This document shows positions 1-11,760 of a stretch of DNA of 64,000 nucleotides, piece after piece; position 1 is the first letter of the stretch, and each line of letters begins with the position of its first letter. This DNA is from Epithemia pelagica (Eukaryota; Protista; Bacillariophyta), in contig OX337231.1 in NCBI GenBank assembly GCA_946965045.2, positions 3,782,001-3,846,000 on the forward strand, read 5' to 3'. The notes beneath the pieces are model-generated. The model was given only the letters and a program-made list of their open reading frames with translations, did not search any database and was not told the origin of the DNA. The translations under genes were made by a program, and so were the position numbers.

Positions 1-1
1 A

Positions 2-3000
2 GAGCAGCAACAACAACACGGCAACAAACATTCCTCCAAGGATGGTGCTTCCTTGCTCATTAATCCAAATTGCAGCATTGAAAAGTATCATCAAGTTTCC
101 GAAAAGGCAAGTGTCTGTGTTCGACTAGTAGTACCTCGTAGCAGCATTGCTTTTTGTATTTGTGTTTGGAGGGGCATGGATCTCACACATTTTCTTTCTT
201 TCTATATCCATACGATGATACACCATTGGATGGATTCTGGGTCTTTATTGTTGTGGTTTCGTTTGGGTGCGTGTGTTTGTGTTGTTGTTCTTTTCTCTCT
301 ATTGTTATTATTATAATGACAGGTATTGGATCAATTTTTGCAACATCCGATTGAAACACGAGAGGAATTGTTGGAAGCCTATTTGGTCGGAATGCGATTG
401 CTGCAATTTTTGCAAGAGGTCCTGCCCACCCATCCCGAATATCACAGTCATTCGACGACGAATCCAAACAAGGAGGAGGAGGAGGAGGATCCCACAACGT
501 CCTTGGATTCCTACAGTCAATCGACGGCACAAGAATTGACTCGGTACCTCAAAGAAATTGCCCTCATGATTGATCAAGAAGAACACGAGGCGTATATTAC
601 ACGTGTCTTGGTGCAATCGGGCGGTGTCAGTGTCACGGGAGACGACGAAGAGGACGACGACGAAGAGCACGAGGACGAAGATGATACCACCACCAAAGAT
701 GCATCCACGATTCAAGGACAAGCCTTTTTGCATTCCACCCTGTCCTCCCATACCACGGCCAGTACCATGATCACCGAACAACAATCCCAATCTCCTCGCA
801 GCAGCACCAACCATAACAACACTTCGGCTTCGACGGCCTTGTTGCCACCCACAGAGTCACAAGGATCCTCTAGTTCGGAATCCACATCCTCGTCGTCACC
901 CTCTTGGCCACCACGCGCCACGACAACGAAACCAACCCATCCACAACAACCACGACCAGACCCCAATGCCTTGTCGTCTCGTCGTCCAGTCTCGTCGTCC
1001 AATCCTACTACTACTGCTACGACCCAAGAAGAAGCACCCATTCGTCACGAGACACCAGCCGATCGACGACGACGACGATTGCAAGCCGTGTCCTCCTCGT
1101 CCGACAGTACCATGACGGGAAATGTGTCCTCCTTGTCGCCACCTCCGCCGCCACCACCGCCCGAACAACAACAAAGGCAACCACAACAACAATCTTCTCT
1201 GTCGGCCACCAAATATCCCCATCGTCAGGCGTCTTCACCAGCCGCAACCACAACCACAACAAGAAACACTCCAACACAGCCATTGCAATCCAACAAGAAG
1301 AAAACAAATAGTACGTTATGGACCGCGCCCTCTACTTCGGCCACTTGGAAGGACTGGACCGAATCGTCCCTCCGAGGGACCTTTACGGAAGAAAAGAAGG
1401 ACGATGGTTCCTTTGACTACCATGAGAATGGCAGAACGAAACAGCAACAAGAAGTCATAAACAGAGAGGAGACGGATGATGATGATGATGACGACGAAGA
1501 CGGTGATGAACACGATGATGATGATCAAGATACCGTAGAATGGAGTGCCTTTAGCGTGGCCACATCGCAATTGTTTGCCGATCATTCCAATACACCAGCA
1601 AGCAAACGACAACAACAACAATCGTCACCGTCGAAACAACAACAGCCACAAAACAGTGCAACACAACATGCAACACCATCATCTTCTTCCAAATCGAAAC
1701 AGATATCGTCACCAACCATCATCAAGAAATCGACGTCGCGAAATCAGACCAGTAAAGGCAGTAGTAGCAACAGTGCTACTGCTGCTGCTGCAAGTCCACT
1801 GACTCGAACCAATGGCCACAACAGTACTACCAAGAACAACAACAACAGTCCAATCGAACTGCAACGGCAACGGTCGCCACCCGCGCCCTTGTCGTCTTCG
1901 TCCTCTTCTCTCAAGAATGTTCGTGACATGGAATCCAAGATTGAACAACACCAACAACGTGGACATCGCAATCCATTAGATTTGTATTCCAAGGCCGCCC
2001 GTTACGACGACGATGATGAAGATGAGGAGGACGAACAAGAGCAGCAACATAATAATAAGCACAACAAGGAACGCAAGAGCGACACTTTGGCTAGCAACGA
2101 CAGCAGCAACAACAACGACAGCAGTACGGCAGCTCCATTGCCACTGCAACTACGGTTTTTTGGGACTCCCAGTTTGGATGATTGTTCGACGGCAGAAGAT
2201 GTGGACGAGCATACACCCTTTGCCTTGTCCGAGGACAAGGCCTCGTCTGGGTTTCCCCTTTTCAAAACGACACGAAACGGTCGAAAGAACAAAAAGATTC
2301 TGTCCTCCAAACTTTCGGGAGACAGCTATAGCAGTGATGGAGAAGCGGATTCGGCCTTGCTCTCAAGTCGCCGAAAGACGATGGCAGGCTTTGGGGGTAG
2401 CAACCACAAGAAACGAAACAGTCAAGACACGAACCACAATCCCAGTTTTCCCGGCATGACACAAGTCATGGATTGGGATACCGGATCCCTTGCTAGTGCC
2501 ACGAGCAATACTCGAAGTAGCAGCAATAGTAGCGGCAGCCACAATAGCAGCAGCCAAAACAGCTCGAATCACTTCAACCACAACAGCACGGCATTTCACA
2601 GCAACCCGTGCGACAACCACAACAACTTTTATGGTTCTCCCACGTCGTCGTCGTCGCTTTTGGCACCAACAACCTCTTCGCAATTGCCGCCTCCGTCTCC
2701 CTTACACAATCACTTTTATCCGTCCAGTGGTGGTCCTCTTAGTTTTCGCAAAAAGAAAAATGACTCGTCCTTGCTACTGAGGTTGGTGGATACGGATGAA
2801 CAACAAGAAGTGCGGAAAGAATCGTCCATGTATCATCACTCCAGTCGTGGCATTCCCATGGATGACGAGGACGACCGACCCTTTCAATTGTCCACATCAG
2901 GATCCTTCTTGTCATGTGGAAGAGGAGGAGGTGGACGGGCCAAGACGAGCAGCAGTTATCATCACGGTGGCAGCAGTCATACTAATAATGGAGGAAAGCT

Positions 3001-3043
3001 TCGCCACTTTCGATCCTGCGTCAAGTTTTTATTGGATGACTAA
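2..3043 (+). CDS. 5'-partial gene: USP8-dimerisation (AMSH/USP8 N-terminal)-like domain followed by a long disordered S/T/Q/D-rich tail; exons <2-106 and 323-3043
   Basis: The frame is open from the window edge to 106. Splicing 106 to 323 in phase 0 gives SIEKYHQVSEK|VLDQF..EELLEAYLVGMRLLQFLQEVLPTHPEY, which resembles the USP8_dimer pattern (Y..A..l....e.AY..ymr...l..lp.HpeY). The remaining ~850 aa are low complexity. Confidence 0.6.
107..322 (+). other. GC-AG spliceosomal intron (216 nt)
   Basis: Donor AAG|GCAAGT at 107, T-rich body, acceptor TGACAG| ending at 322. Phase 0 joins two open frames into one domain-like sequence. Confidence 0.65.
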
Positions 3044-3428
3044 CAAAGTGCGCGCGACCTATCCAATACTACTCAACTACCAATATACATGCACGCATAT
3101 ATATACAAGAAAACATTCAGACTCGGGGCTTTGGGATTGGTTTGCATCTCTCGGTCTGTCTGGAACAAACGGGGAAGGGGAAGGAGGAGATATGATATGT
3201 AATTATCTATGGGAATCATCAGAGTGTGTGTGTGTTTGGGGCAGCAATGACATGACCCACGACGTACCGATCTGTGACACTTGTATCATCATCATCATCA
3301 CAAAAGGATGACTAACCTTTGGGGTGGTGTTTTCCTCTACATAGAGAGAGGAAGGCATTCGGGTTGCCTCGCCTCTCAAGACAGACGACACGACAAGGAT
3401 TCATTCCTCCAAAGAAGAAAATGAGGGT

Positions 3429-3448
3429 GGGGGGGGGGGGGGGGGGGG
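3429..3448 (+). repeat. G20 homopolymer (G-quadruplex-capable)
   Basis: 20 consecutive G in intergenic DNA. Confidence 0.9.
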
Positions 3449-4660
3449 TAAATTACTGTATGTATGTAGTAGATATGGATTCGAAATTGTGTTTTCGAGA
3501 CTTCTACTAGGTAGTAGGTACTTGTCGACTTGGCTGGGAAACAGAAACTTGGATCGATGATACATGTCGCTCAAGTGTCCACTGCCTTTTGGTAACAAAG
3601 CTGCTATAGAGAGGTATATGGGAGCAAAAAAGGACACGATAGATCGAGCGAGATTGTTGTTTCTTGTTCCAGGACTGGTCTGTCCAGTGTATGGGTGGAT
3701 TCCTGTCGTCGAACGTCTTGTCTATATTGTATTGTTGTCCTCCTTATTGTTGTTTTTGTCTACCTAGGTAGGAGGGATGCTTCCCCCACCATATTGCGTC
3801 CTCTATACCGCTAGCAACACGAGAGAGAGATGAGAAGACACGAGATCTTTACTCGCACTTGTGCGTGTCTTTTGTCTTGGGTGGAATCACGAACGTCGTC
3901 GCAGTCGCAGCGACCGCCCCAGATGCTTCGGAGCCGAATCTTTTCTTGTCGCAACCAACTTGAGGAAATAGGCCCTTGTCCAATTGGATACTCGTAGTAC
4001 TCTCGTGTTATTCGTACTGGTTGCTCGTTGCTCGTAGTCCATACCCACATGCTCTGCCAGTATTGTACTTTGCAACCTGGTAGATCCGTCTGTGCATCGT
4101 ACGGAAAACAATAAACATGGCTAGCCCAAGGTTCGGGGGCTATTCTACTCCTAATATACTCCTAGTGTTAAATGTGACAGTATCGTACCGGTAGGGACAT
4201 GTCAACGCACTGCGCGGAACAACAAGAGTACTCCTTCTCGGTGTGTACTACAAGTTCATTTCTAGGCATTTTGGGACAGAATCTACGCTCGGCACTACAC
4301 GCTAGAACGTATTACAATCTATGCAGTCTCGAACAGTGTGATCACGACAAATGGAGAGCGAACAAGAAAGCCTTGAGACGACGACAACTTTTCCGTTCCA
4401 TCTAGCTCTCGATCTTATGGTGTAGCACAACGTCCGTACTTCTTTGATTGCTCTGGACGAGCCTTGAATAATCGGTGCTCTGGTTGAGAGATCCGACAGT
4501 TTGTGCGGATCGTGTGTTTGTTTGTTGGTTTGTGGGGAGAGACGACGAACCTCCTCCTCTCGCCAGCTTTGATCCATCTTCGAGTGTGTTTTGAATCTCC
4601 AACGAGTATCGCATCCTTGTTCCGCAGGTTTATTTGGATTGACCAAGCAAACGCGCGGCA

Positions 4661-7252
4661 ATGGTGATCATGACACGACGAACCACTAATACTCCTACGA
4701 CGACAAGAACGACCAGCCACAGCCGTACGACACCCAACGATTCTCCCCTCGGATGCGGCGACACGGCTACCATTGAGTCCTCCATAACCACCACACTGGC
4801 AGGGGCCACTCACAAATCATTCTCACCACACACGTTTTCTCAACAACAAGAACAAGAGGAGCCAGAGCAAGAAGAACACGACAAGGAACGACGACAATCG
4901 CCCTTATCGTCCTCCATTACTGTTGCAAAGAAAGACATGACCGATGGTCCTCCTCGACGCATTTCTCGAACGAGGACACCACCTCCTGGTAGTACCTCCA
5001 TGGGTGTCTCTTCTTCTTGTTGTTTGGAGAGGGAGGAATCATCCTCCTCGGCTCCCCAAACACCGCAACCACAACATTTACAACAACAACCACAACATCC
5101 TGGACCCATGACACCATCCCTCACGGCGGTGGTATCCTCCTCTCCCCGGACACCGACTCCTCGAACCAACAATCGTCGTCGATCCCTGGGTGCCGTGCCA
5201 CCCGATTTGGTGGGGCCGGATCCGTGCCTCCTCCTCCTTGACAACAACAACCACAACAATGACAATCACAACAGCAATCCCCATTCCTCATCGACCTGTT
5301 CTTCTTCTTCTTCCGAATCGGACTCGGATGCCGATTCCGATTCGTCCTCCACCTGCACTGCTAGTACCTCGTTGGAATCATCTCCGGATGAGATTCTAGA
5401 GACTCCGTTCCAGGACAACGACAACCACAACCCGCACCAGAGACGGGTGCACTTTTGTCCCAACGTGGCCGTCGAGTACATTTCGTCGTGTCGCGAGTGG
5501 AATATCAAAGTGATTCGACGCTTGTGGTACAGTGTCTATGAAATGAATGCCTTCAAGGCCCAAAGTCGCTTGTTGGCCAAGGAAACGCGGGTGAAACGAG
5601 GACCTCGCGTCACGCAGTGCATTGATTTTGGCTATGTCCATGCCCAAGACGTCTCCCAACGATTGTTGCTGTCAGCCGAAGCAGCAGCAGCAACAACAAC
5701 AACAGTGGAACAAGAACCATCCTTACCCTCCGAACCCAGCACAACTCTCATGGTCGAAGACGCCTTGTACGATCAAATCTTGACCACGGCCTTTCCCCAG
5801 CCATCCAACAATAACACGATGGAAGTGGAATTGGAATTGCGACCACTCGTGTTGGAACCATTGTGTTTGTGGGCGCAACGCAAAGTGACGTGTCGCGGAT
5901 TGGAACACTTTACCAGCAAGGCTCATTATACCGCACGCGTCCAAGCCAAGACACGATTGCGACACACCGTGGTCCCCACCACTACGACACCAAGTGGTTG
6001 TGGTTTTTCCTCCCACGAACCACAACCACCAGACGAGGACGAGGAATCACCGCCGACGATCCTCACCACTACTTCTACGCGGCTGGATGCACAGCCGCCG
6101 CATGATCAGTTTGCCGAACTAGCGCAAGAAATTTCCCGTCCCAGTCGAATCTTGGCACGATGGTTGGGCTTGGCCGATGCGCAATTTCGGATTGCCCATG
6201 CCAAATTGGAATCCTTGACGGACCAAATTTGGCAAGATTATCATGAGGCTCTCCGCCAAAAACAGAAACGAGAACAAGAACAACAGAACCACCAGAATCT
6301 TTATGAGAATGATGACTCTTCCATCGAACCACAGGATGATGATGATGATTCCGAACTGGAGCATGACGAACAAGAACCACCACCACCACAAGAAGAAGAG
6401 AGAGAACCCCAACCAGCCACTCTGAAGGACCAGTCAAACGAACCACACGGTGTCCAACAAGCACAACACGAACCACCATGCGTGATGGATCGGAATCTTG
6501 TTTCCCATTCACACCAAGAAAGTGCACAACTGCCGCGTCATCATGACGACGACCAGAACAAGGAGGAAGAACCACAACCTTGCAACGATATCCCATCCAG
6601 GACCATTCCCAGCATCTACAGTAGTACCGACGTGTCGGTTCCGTCTTCCATTGTTTCGTCACTGACTGGTTCGTCCTCCCACTCCACGCGGACCGACGAG
6701 GACCGCAAAGTCAAGGGTCCCTGCAGTAGGACCATGCACTCGAACCAGAACCAGGAACAACAACCACAACCACAACCACAACAACATCAACAACAAGACA
6801 AGACCTGGAACAAGAATGACACTTGGGTTCCGACAAGGATGGCACGGGAAAACCGAAAACCCATGTTCTTGCCTTCGGTGCCGTCGCCCGTCATGACATC
6901 CTCCAGACGAACTCAAGAGCCAGAACGACATGTTCCCCCACAAGCTGACCCAACTCTTCCACACAGTCCAGCAGCACGGTTCCTGCCGTCCCCCATGATG
7001 AGAACGGATACCGCCCCTTTGACGACATCTCCCGCAGGAGGACTATTCTCCACCACACCCCCTCGTGTGTCGTCACCCTTCTTGTCACCCTCGCAACGAT
7101 CCTTGCGACGACACTTACTGACGACGACGACGACGAGCTTGACATCACCACCCCTTCCAACGGCACCCTTGACGGCGTCTTCTTCTTCTTCTCCGCGAGG
7201 ACCACCACACGGGGCCATGCGTTGTTATATACGAGCCGCTGGAGAAGCCTAG
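4661..7252 (+). CDS. Uncharacterised protein of the diatom-type 'VxF..W..RGLE' family, 863 aa, mostly disordered
   Basis: ATG-initiated long ORF with core blocks RRVHFCPNVAVEYI..LWYSVYEMNAFK, CRGLEHF and ARWLGLADA. The same blocks recur in 47794-50454. Confidence 0.75.
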   Translation: MVIMTRRTTNTPTTTRTTSHSRTTPNDSPLGCGDTATIESSITTTLAGATHKSFSPHTFSQQQEQEEPEQEEHDKERRQSPLSSSITVAKKDMTDGPPRRISRTRTPPPGSTSMGVSSSCCLEREESSSSAPQTPQPQHLQQQPQHPGPMTPSLTAVVSSSPRTPTPRTNNRRRSLGAVPPDLVGPDPCLLLLDNNNHNNDNHNSNPHSSSTCSSSSSESDSDADSDSSSTCTASTSLESSPDEILETPFQDNDNHNPHQRRVHFCPNVAVEYISSCREWNIKVIRRLWYSVYEMNAFKAQSRLLAKETRVKRGPRVTQCIDFGYVHAQDVSQRLLLSAEAAAATTTTVEQEPSLPSEPSTTLMVEDALYDQILTTAFPQPSNNNTMEVELELRPLVLEPLCLWAQRKVTCRGLEHFTSKAHYTARVQAKTRLRHTVVPTTTTPSGCGFSSHEPQPPDEDEESPPTILTTTSTRLDAQPPHDQFAELAQEISRPSRILARWLGLADAQFRIAHAKLESLTDQIWQDYHEALRQKQKREQEQQNHQNLYENDDSSIEPQDDDDDSELEHDEQEPPPPQEEEREPQPATLKDQSNEPHGVQQAQHEPPCVMDRNLVSHSHQESAQLPRHHDDDQNKEEEPQPCNDIPSRTIPSIYSSTDVSVPSSIVSSLTGSSSHSTRTDEDRKVKGPCSRTMHSNQNQEQQPQPQPQQHQQQDKTWNKNDTWVPTRMARENRKPMFLPSVPSPVMTSSRRTQEPERHVPPQADPTLPHSPAARFLPSPMMRTDTAPLTTSPAGGLFSTTPPRVSSPFLSPSQRSLRRHLLTTTTTSLTSPPLPTAPLTASSSSSPRGPPHGAMRCYIRAAGEA

Positions 7253-7610
7253 CGAATCGTAGACCCCAAGCAACCAAAAGAGGAGGAATACGAACAACAG
7301 TAAGCAAGAAAAAGAGACTCGACCATTGGTGGAGAACGAGCACCTCTCGATGGACGAGACAAGCATTAGGGCCCTCGGAACATTCCCAATCCCCGATACC
7401 ATTCCAACAAGTGCGCCTTGAATTGCAGCTAGGCATAAGTTGTACCTCTCTCTAGAAAAAGACAAGTTGGAGTGCTCCGTTCTATTTGAATGACCTGTCA
7501 TTATATTCTTAGTTTAGTTCTCCTCTCGTGCTTTTCTCCCCTCTTTTGAAATCGTCCCGTTTCGTTGCTGTCACTGGAGTAATACTATGTACTTTTTGTC
7601 TTTCTAATGA

Positions 7611-8945
7611 TTATGCGAGATTGAGGGGGAGACCCAACAAGTCTTCTTCATTCTTTTTGTTGTTGTGTCGCACCAAAATCAAGACAATCACGGCCACGAC
7701 AGCCATGCCAATCAAGGTGAGAATTCCCACAATCTTTTTCGTGAAATATCCTCGTTTCAAATAAATGTGCTTGGCATTGTTGTATCGTGTCACATCAAAT
7801 TGGCTATTCTCGTCGGTAATGCCAAAAATGTCTTGCAAGACGCCACAGACACTGGTCGTATCGTACAAGTCACTTTGGGAAAGTTGTTTGGTCCGGCTGC
7901 TGTGATATGTTTGTGCTTGAAAGTATTCTTCATTGTAGTAATTGTTGTTGTTCTCGTCGGCATTGTTCTCCGCATTCTCGCCGCCGTCTTGATTGTAGCC
8001 ATTGTAATTGGCATCGTCATTGCCGCCATCTTGATTGTCGGCGTCGGCGTCGTCATTCTTTTGATTGGCATTGTAATAGGCTTCGTCGGCATTGGCATAG
8101 TTGGAATATTGACACGTTTCGATATTGGTGGCTTCTTCCATGAGTTCCTGACAGGTATAACTTTCGTAGCAATACAAATCGTGTTGCATGGGATATTCCC
8201 CCATACTGGCCGCATAGACCATTTGTTGATAAAGAGAGTCGTCGTCGTTCTCCTCATTGTTTTGGTTGTTGTTGTTGTTTTGGTTGTTGTAATTGTTGTT
8301 GTAGTTTTGTTGGGAGAGGTAGGTCAAGGCACTTTCGTAATTTGTCTTCATGCTGGAGGTATAGACGGTACACTTTTCATCCATAAAGAAATCCACAATG
8401 GGTTTGGATCCATCGGACGAACAACGGTATCCAATGTACCATTGAATGTAGTTTTCTTCTTCGTCTTGTTGATCTTGTTCTTGTCCCTCTTCTTGTTGAC
8501 CATTGGCATTGTTGACAGAGTAGCCTTGTGCATAAAGGAGGGCGGCATCGTCTCGATCGACGGCGACACAGCCACTGTCTTGTTGGCCTTCGCCGGCCAC
8601 GGCCATGTAGGACGGCAAGTCCAAAAAGTAGGTGGAATCGCGATGATTGCCATGATAGCCGTACTGAAAAAGGACGTACGAGGCTTCGGAATAATACAAA
8701 CTCTTGCCGTAATAGTAATCGTTTTGCACTGTCAAACTGATGCATTTGCCAAACGACAGGATACCATCGCCGTAAATCAAGGATTCGTCCAAGCCTTCCG
8801 AAGAAGAATAGGACAATGATCGAGCATAGGGAAGCGTCTTGGGATGATCCAGCGAGACTGCCGCCCGGTCAGTGGCGCGTACAAGGGCACCGGACAGCCC
8901 CAATAGACACACCACAACCACACTCCAAAGAGAAGAACGACTCAT
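7611..8945 (-). CDS. Silicanin-like type I membrane protein (signal peptide, RXL motif, Cys-containing N/Q-rich lumenal domain, TM helix, short tail)
   Basis: ATG at 8945 (MSRSSLWSVVVVCLLGLSGALVRA), then ARSL. Motifs LSFGKC, SYVLFQ, YFLDLPSYM, YIGYRCSSDG..FFMDEKC. N/Q runs, TM IVGILTLIGMAVVAVIVLILV, ~19-aa tail. The architecture matches T. pseudonana silicanin-1. Confidence 0.7.
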   Translation of the reverse strand: MSRSSLWSVVVVCLLGLSGALVRATDRAAVSLDHPKTLPYARSLSYSSSEGLDESLIYGDGILSFGKCISLTVQNDYYYGKSLYYSEASYVLFQYGYHGNHRDSTYFLDLPSYMAVAGEGQQDSGCVAVDRDDAALLYAQGYSVNNANGQQEEGQEQDQQDEEENYIQWYIGYRCSSDGSKPIVDFFMDEKCTVYTSSMKTNYESALTYLSQQNYNNNYNNQNNNNNQNNEENDDDSLYQQMVYAASMGEYPMQHDLYCYESYTCQELMEEATNIETCQYSNYANADEAYYNANQKNDDADADNQDGGNDDANYNGYNQDGGENAENNADENNNNYYNEEYFQAQTYHSSRTKQLSQSDLYDTTSVCGVLQDIFGITDENSQFDVTRYNNAKHIYLKRGYFTKKIVGILTLIGMAVVAVIVLILVRHNNKKNEEDLLGLPLNLA

Positions 8946-10228
8946 GGTATCAAACAACTACGAGCAAAAATGGTGATTAAACTTGTGAGAGGCAACACAC
9001 AATCGATGCAGACTCTGATCCTTTTGTTGGTGACAATCGGCCTCGAAATGATAACAAACCGGGTTTTAAAAGCATATCCGTTGAACGTAGGTCCAAGACC
9101 AGGCACTTTGGATAGTTAGAGCAATGGCGAGCGGTTCCTCTCGTCAACGGATCTATGGGCTCTAGTGAAAATAAGCATGAACGGCTCCAACAGAGTCCAA
9201 CGGATGTCCCAGCGGCTCCAGCTGATTATTCGGTCGCATTTGGGGATAGTTACGTACAATACAATAGTATGCCTCTATCTAGCTAGCAACAACGCCAATC
9301 CGTAGAGGAGCGACCTGACAACGAGAAGGTCACAGTCCTTCAATGGATAAGAACAGTCATGTCGTACCAAAAGCAACAGCTGCACAATTCCTGGATTACT
9401 CAATCATGAACCAGGAAAGGTAGTGGTACAGAAACCCCTGTGGCGAGCTGTTGTTGTTGTTCTACTTGTTGTTGTGGTTGGTTGGCCATGGGTTCGGTCG
9501 TTGCTCCTGACACACACATTGAGTAAAAAATGGTGGTGATGGGGATATTCGATTTACCTCTGGAGAGTCGACCAAGACTAGTGTGTGACTCTATGAGTTT
9601 GCGTTGCGCAAGTGTACCTACTACACATAAAAACAAAACACAAAGGACGCATGGAGCTATAGTAGTGAGTGGCTTTTTGGTGCTGCGTGAGAGGAAAAGC
9701 GACGACGTTTGTGGTCACTCTCTCTCGGCCACTGACTCCACGGCAACACAGCTCGGATACTGTTCTGTTTCTGGGGGTAGCTCTACTATAGGAGCGAAGC
9801 AGTGTTCCTCTGGTATTCAAGGCGGGCTCTCTTGCGATTGCGATGTGTGTAGCAACAATCAAAACTTTCTCCAGAACAAAGAGAATCGTGGGGGAAGTTG
9901 AGGGAGCATCATCATCATCATCATCATCATCATCAAGGTCATGTCAATGTCAAAGAATCAACCACGGCACATGACAGTCATGGTGTTCCCGTTTTGTGGG
10001 AATGCATCCTGCGATCGCAACCTTGTCGCAAGTCATGGACTGTCAGAAAAAGAGTACCGTTAGACCGAGCCTCCCGCAACACGTTCGCAATCCCCGCTCG
10101 CAGCAGTTTGCGACTCGGGGATTCCATCACCACAAAAATATCCACGATGCTCTCACAACTCCAAACCATTCAAAACGCAAAAGCATCCAGCAACACACAC
10201 CCTCCTCACCTGCAATCAAACCAGAACC

Positions 10229-11137
10229 ATGTCGATCACCGTTCAGTCTTTTCTCACTGCCTACTTGGAACCTTCCTTCCAAGAAAGTTTGAATCGTTTG
10301 TACCATGATTTGGGAAATCAATCTCCCGAAACATGGGCCAAGAATCTCTACCAGACTTTGTGTAAGGACCCGACCCATCCGCATGCCTCACTGCTCAACC
10401 GAGATCGTAAAAAGTGCCTCCAGTTGGAGTACGATCTGGTCAATGCCTGGGAAAATGCATCGAGTCCAGACGACTTTGAACAAGACATTGTCAACATCTT
10501 TCAAGTATCGCGCTTGCGCAAAATTCTCTTTATCTGTCTTGTCATGGACCGTGCCCAGTCCTTGTATCGAATGCAGCTACCATCCTCCACCTATTATGGT
10601 ATGCATTGGTATGCGAAGGAACATGTCGCACTTCTCGAAGGAAACGAAGAAGACCATTCCATCGAGGCAGCCTCCATTCCTTCGCTCATGGACAAGGCCT
10701 TGGAAAGTCTCAAAATGGCCTTGACCACGTACAAAGGCTCGCCCACCATGAATCGCCGTCTCTACAAGATCATTCATACCAAGGCATTTGGTCTGCTGCA
10801 AGACGCGGATATTGCTCGTTGGTCTCTTCCAGCCTTGGCAACCTTTGTGCAGCGACCGATGACAACTACTACAACTATTAGCACCTCGTTGGTTTCGGGC
10901 ACGAAACGAAGTGCCCCCGCTCCCACGCTCACCGAGACAGCGCAGGAAAACAAGGAGCTTGTGGAGCGTCTCAAACGTGCCAGAGTCGGAGTGTCCGATC
11001 CGAACCTGATTGTTCAACGTTATGTCAATATTTACAATGAATCATCATCTTCATACATTCGACATGCATCGTCAGTGACTGAATTGCCATTCGTACAGAT
11101 ACTATTTGAAAACTATTCCTTGAAAGAACTAATATAA
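10229..11137 (+). CDS. Unrecognised helical-domain family, copy A (302 aa)
   Basis: ATG at 10229. The N-terminal ~200 aa align by eye with 14269-16101 and 19711-20385. Confidence 0.8.
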   Translation: MSITVQSFLTAYLEPSFQESLNRLYHDLGNQSPETWAKNLYQTLCKDPTHPHASLLNRDRKKCLQLEYDLVNAWENASSPDDFEQDIVNIFQVSRLRKILFICLVMDRAQSLYRMQLPSSTYYGMHWYAKEHVALLEGNEEDHSIEAASIPSLMDKALESLKMALTTYKGSPTMNRRLYKIIHTKAFGLLQDADIARWSLPALATFVQRPMTTTTTISTSLVSGTKRSAPAPTLTETAQENKELVERLKRARVGVSDPNLIVQRYVNIYNESSSSYIRHASSVTELPFVQILFENYSLKELI

Positions 11138-11760
11138 ATCCATCGACGTAAGAGACACTATAACTTTAAAGACATGCCTCCGATTCATTTTCCTGCTGTG
11201 TTCCGATAGATTTTCCTGTTTCATGATAGGATGTTCTGATGAGAATATAGATCGCGAGACCAATGGTCCGATCAAAAATACACCACTCTGTTTTATGAGC
11301 ACATCCGTGAAAAATACGTCCAAGACCAGACATTATAATTTTTTAGGATGGCGGCAAGTGTATCTGATCCGGTGAACCCGTTTTCAGTTAGCCGACGGCA
11401 TCTGGCGTGCGAGGCTACACTGGGTTTGGTCCATGAATGGAAGAAATAAGAAATCCATTGGCGTAAACACCTTTATAATTGAAAGATATGTCTCCGACAA
11501 GACTTCTTGTTTCACCATAATATAATCGATCGGGGAATTGGTTGGTGCTCGATCAAATAGATACCACTTTGGGCTTTATGAGAGCATCCTTTGGAAGTAG
11601 GTCCAAAAGAATTATGATGGTGGTGAGCGTGTCAATAACTGAATGGTAGGCAATAGTGAAAAGGAAAAATTAACCGCTGAACCCATTTTAACATAGCACG
11701 GCATTTTGCGAGCGAGGTGACAAAGGGTATGGTTCACTGAGTGTCATGTTTAGTGGCCTC

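Noticed and set aside
7665-8819. 384-aa plus-strand V/I-rich ORF
   Set aside because: Antisense shadow of the N/D/Q-rich silicanin-like gene.
9898-10308. Poly-His ORF (MREHHHHHHHHH)
   Set aside because: Non-ATG start, (CAT)n microsatellite, and out-of-frame overlap with the better-supported gene at 10229.
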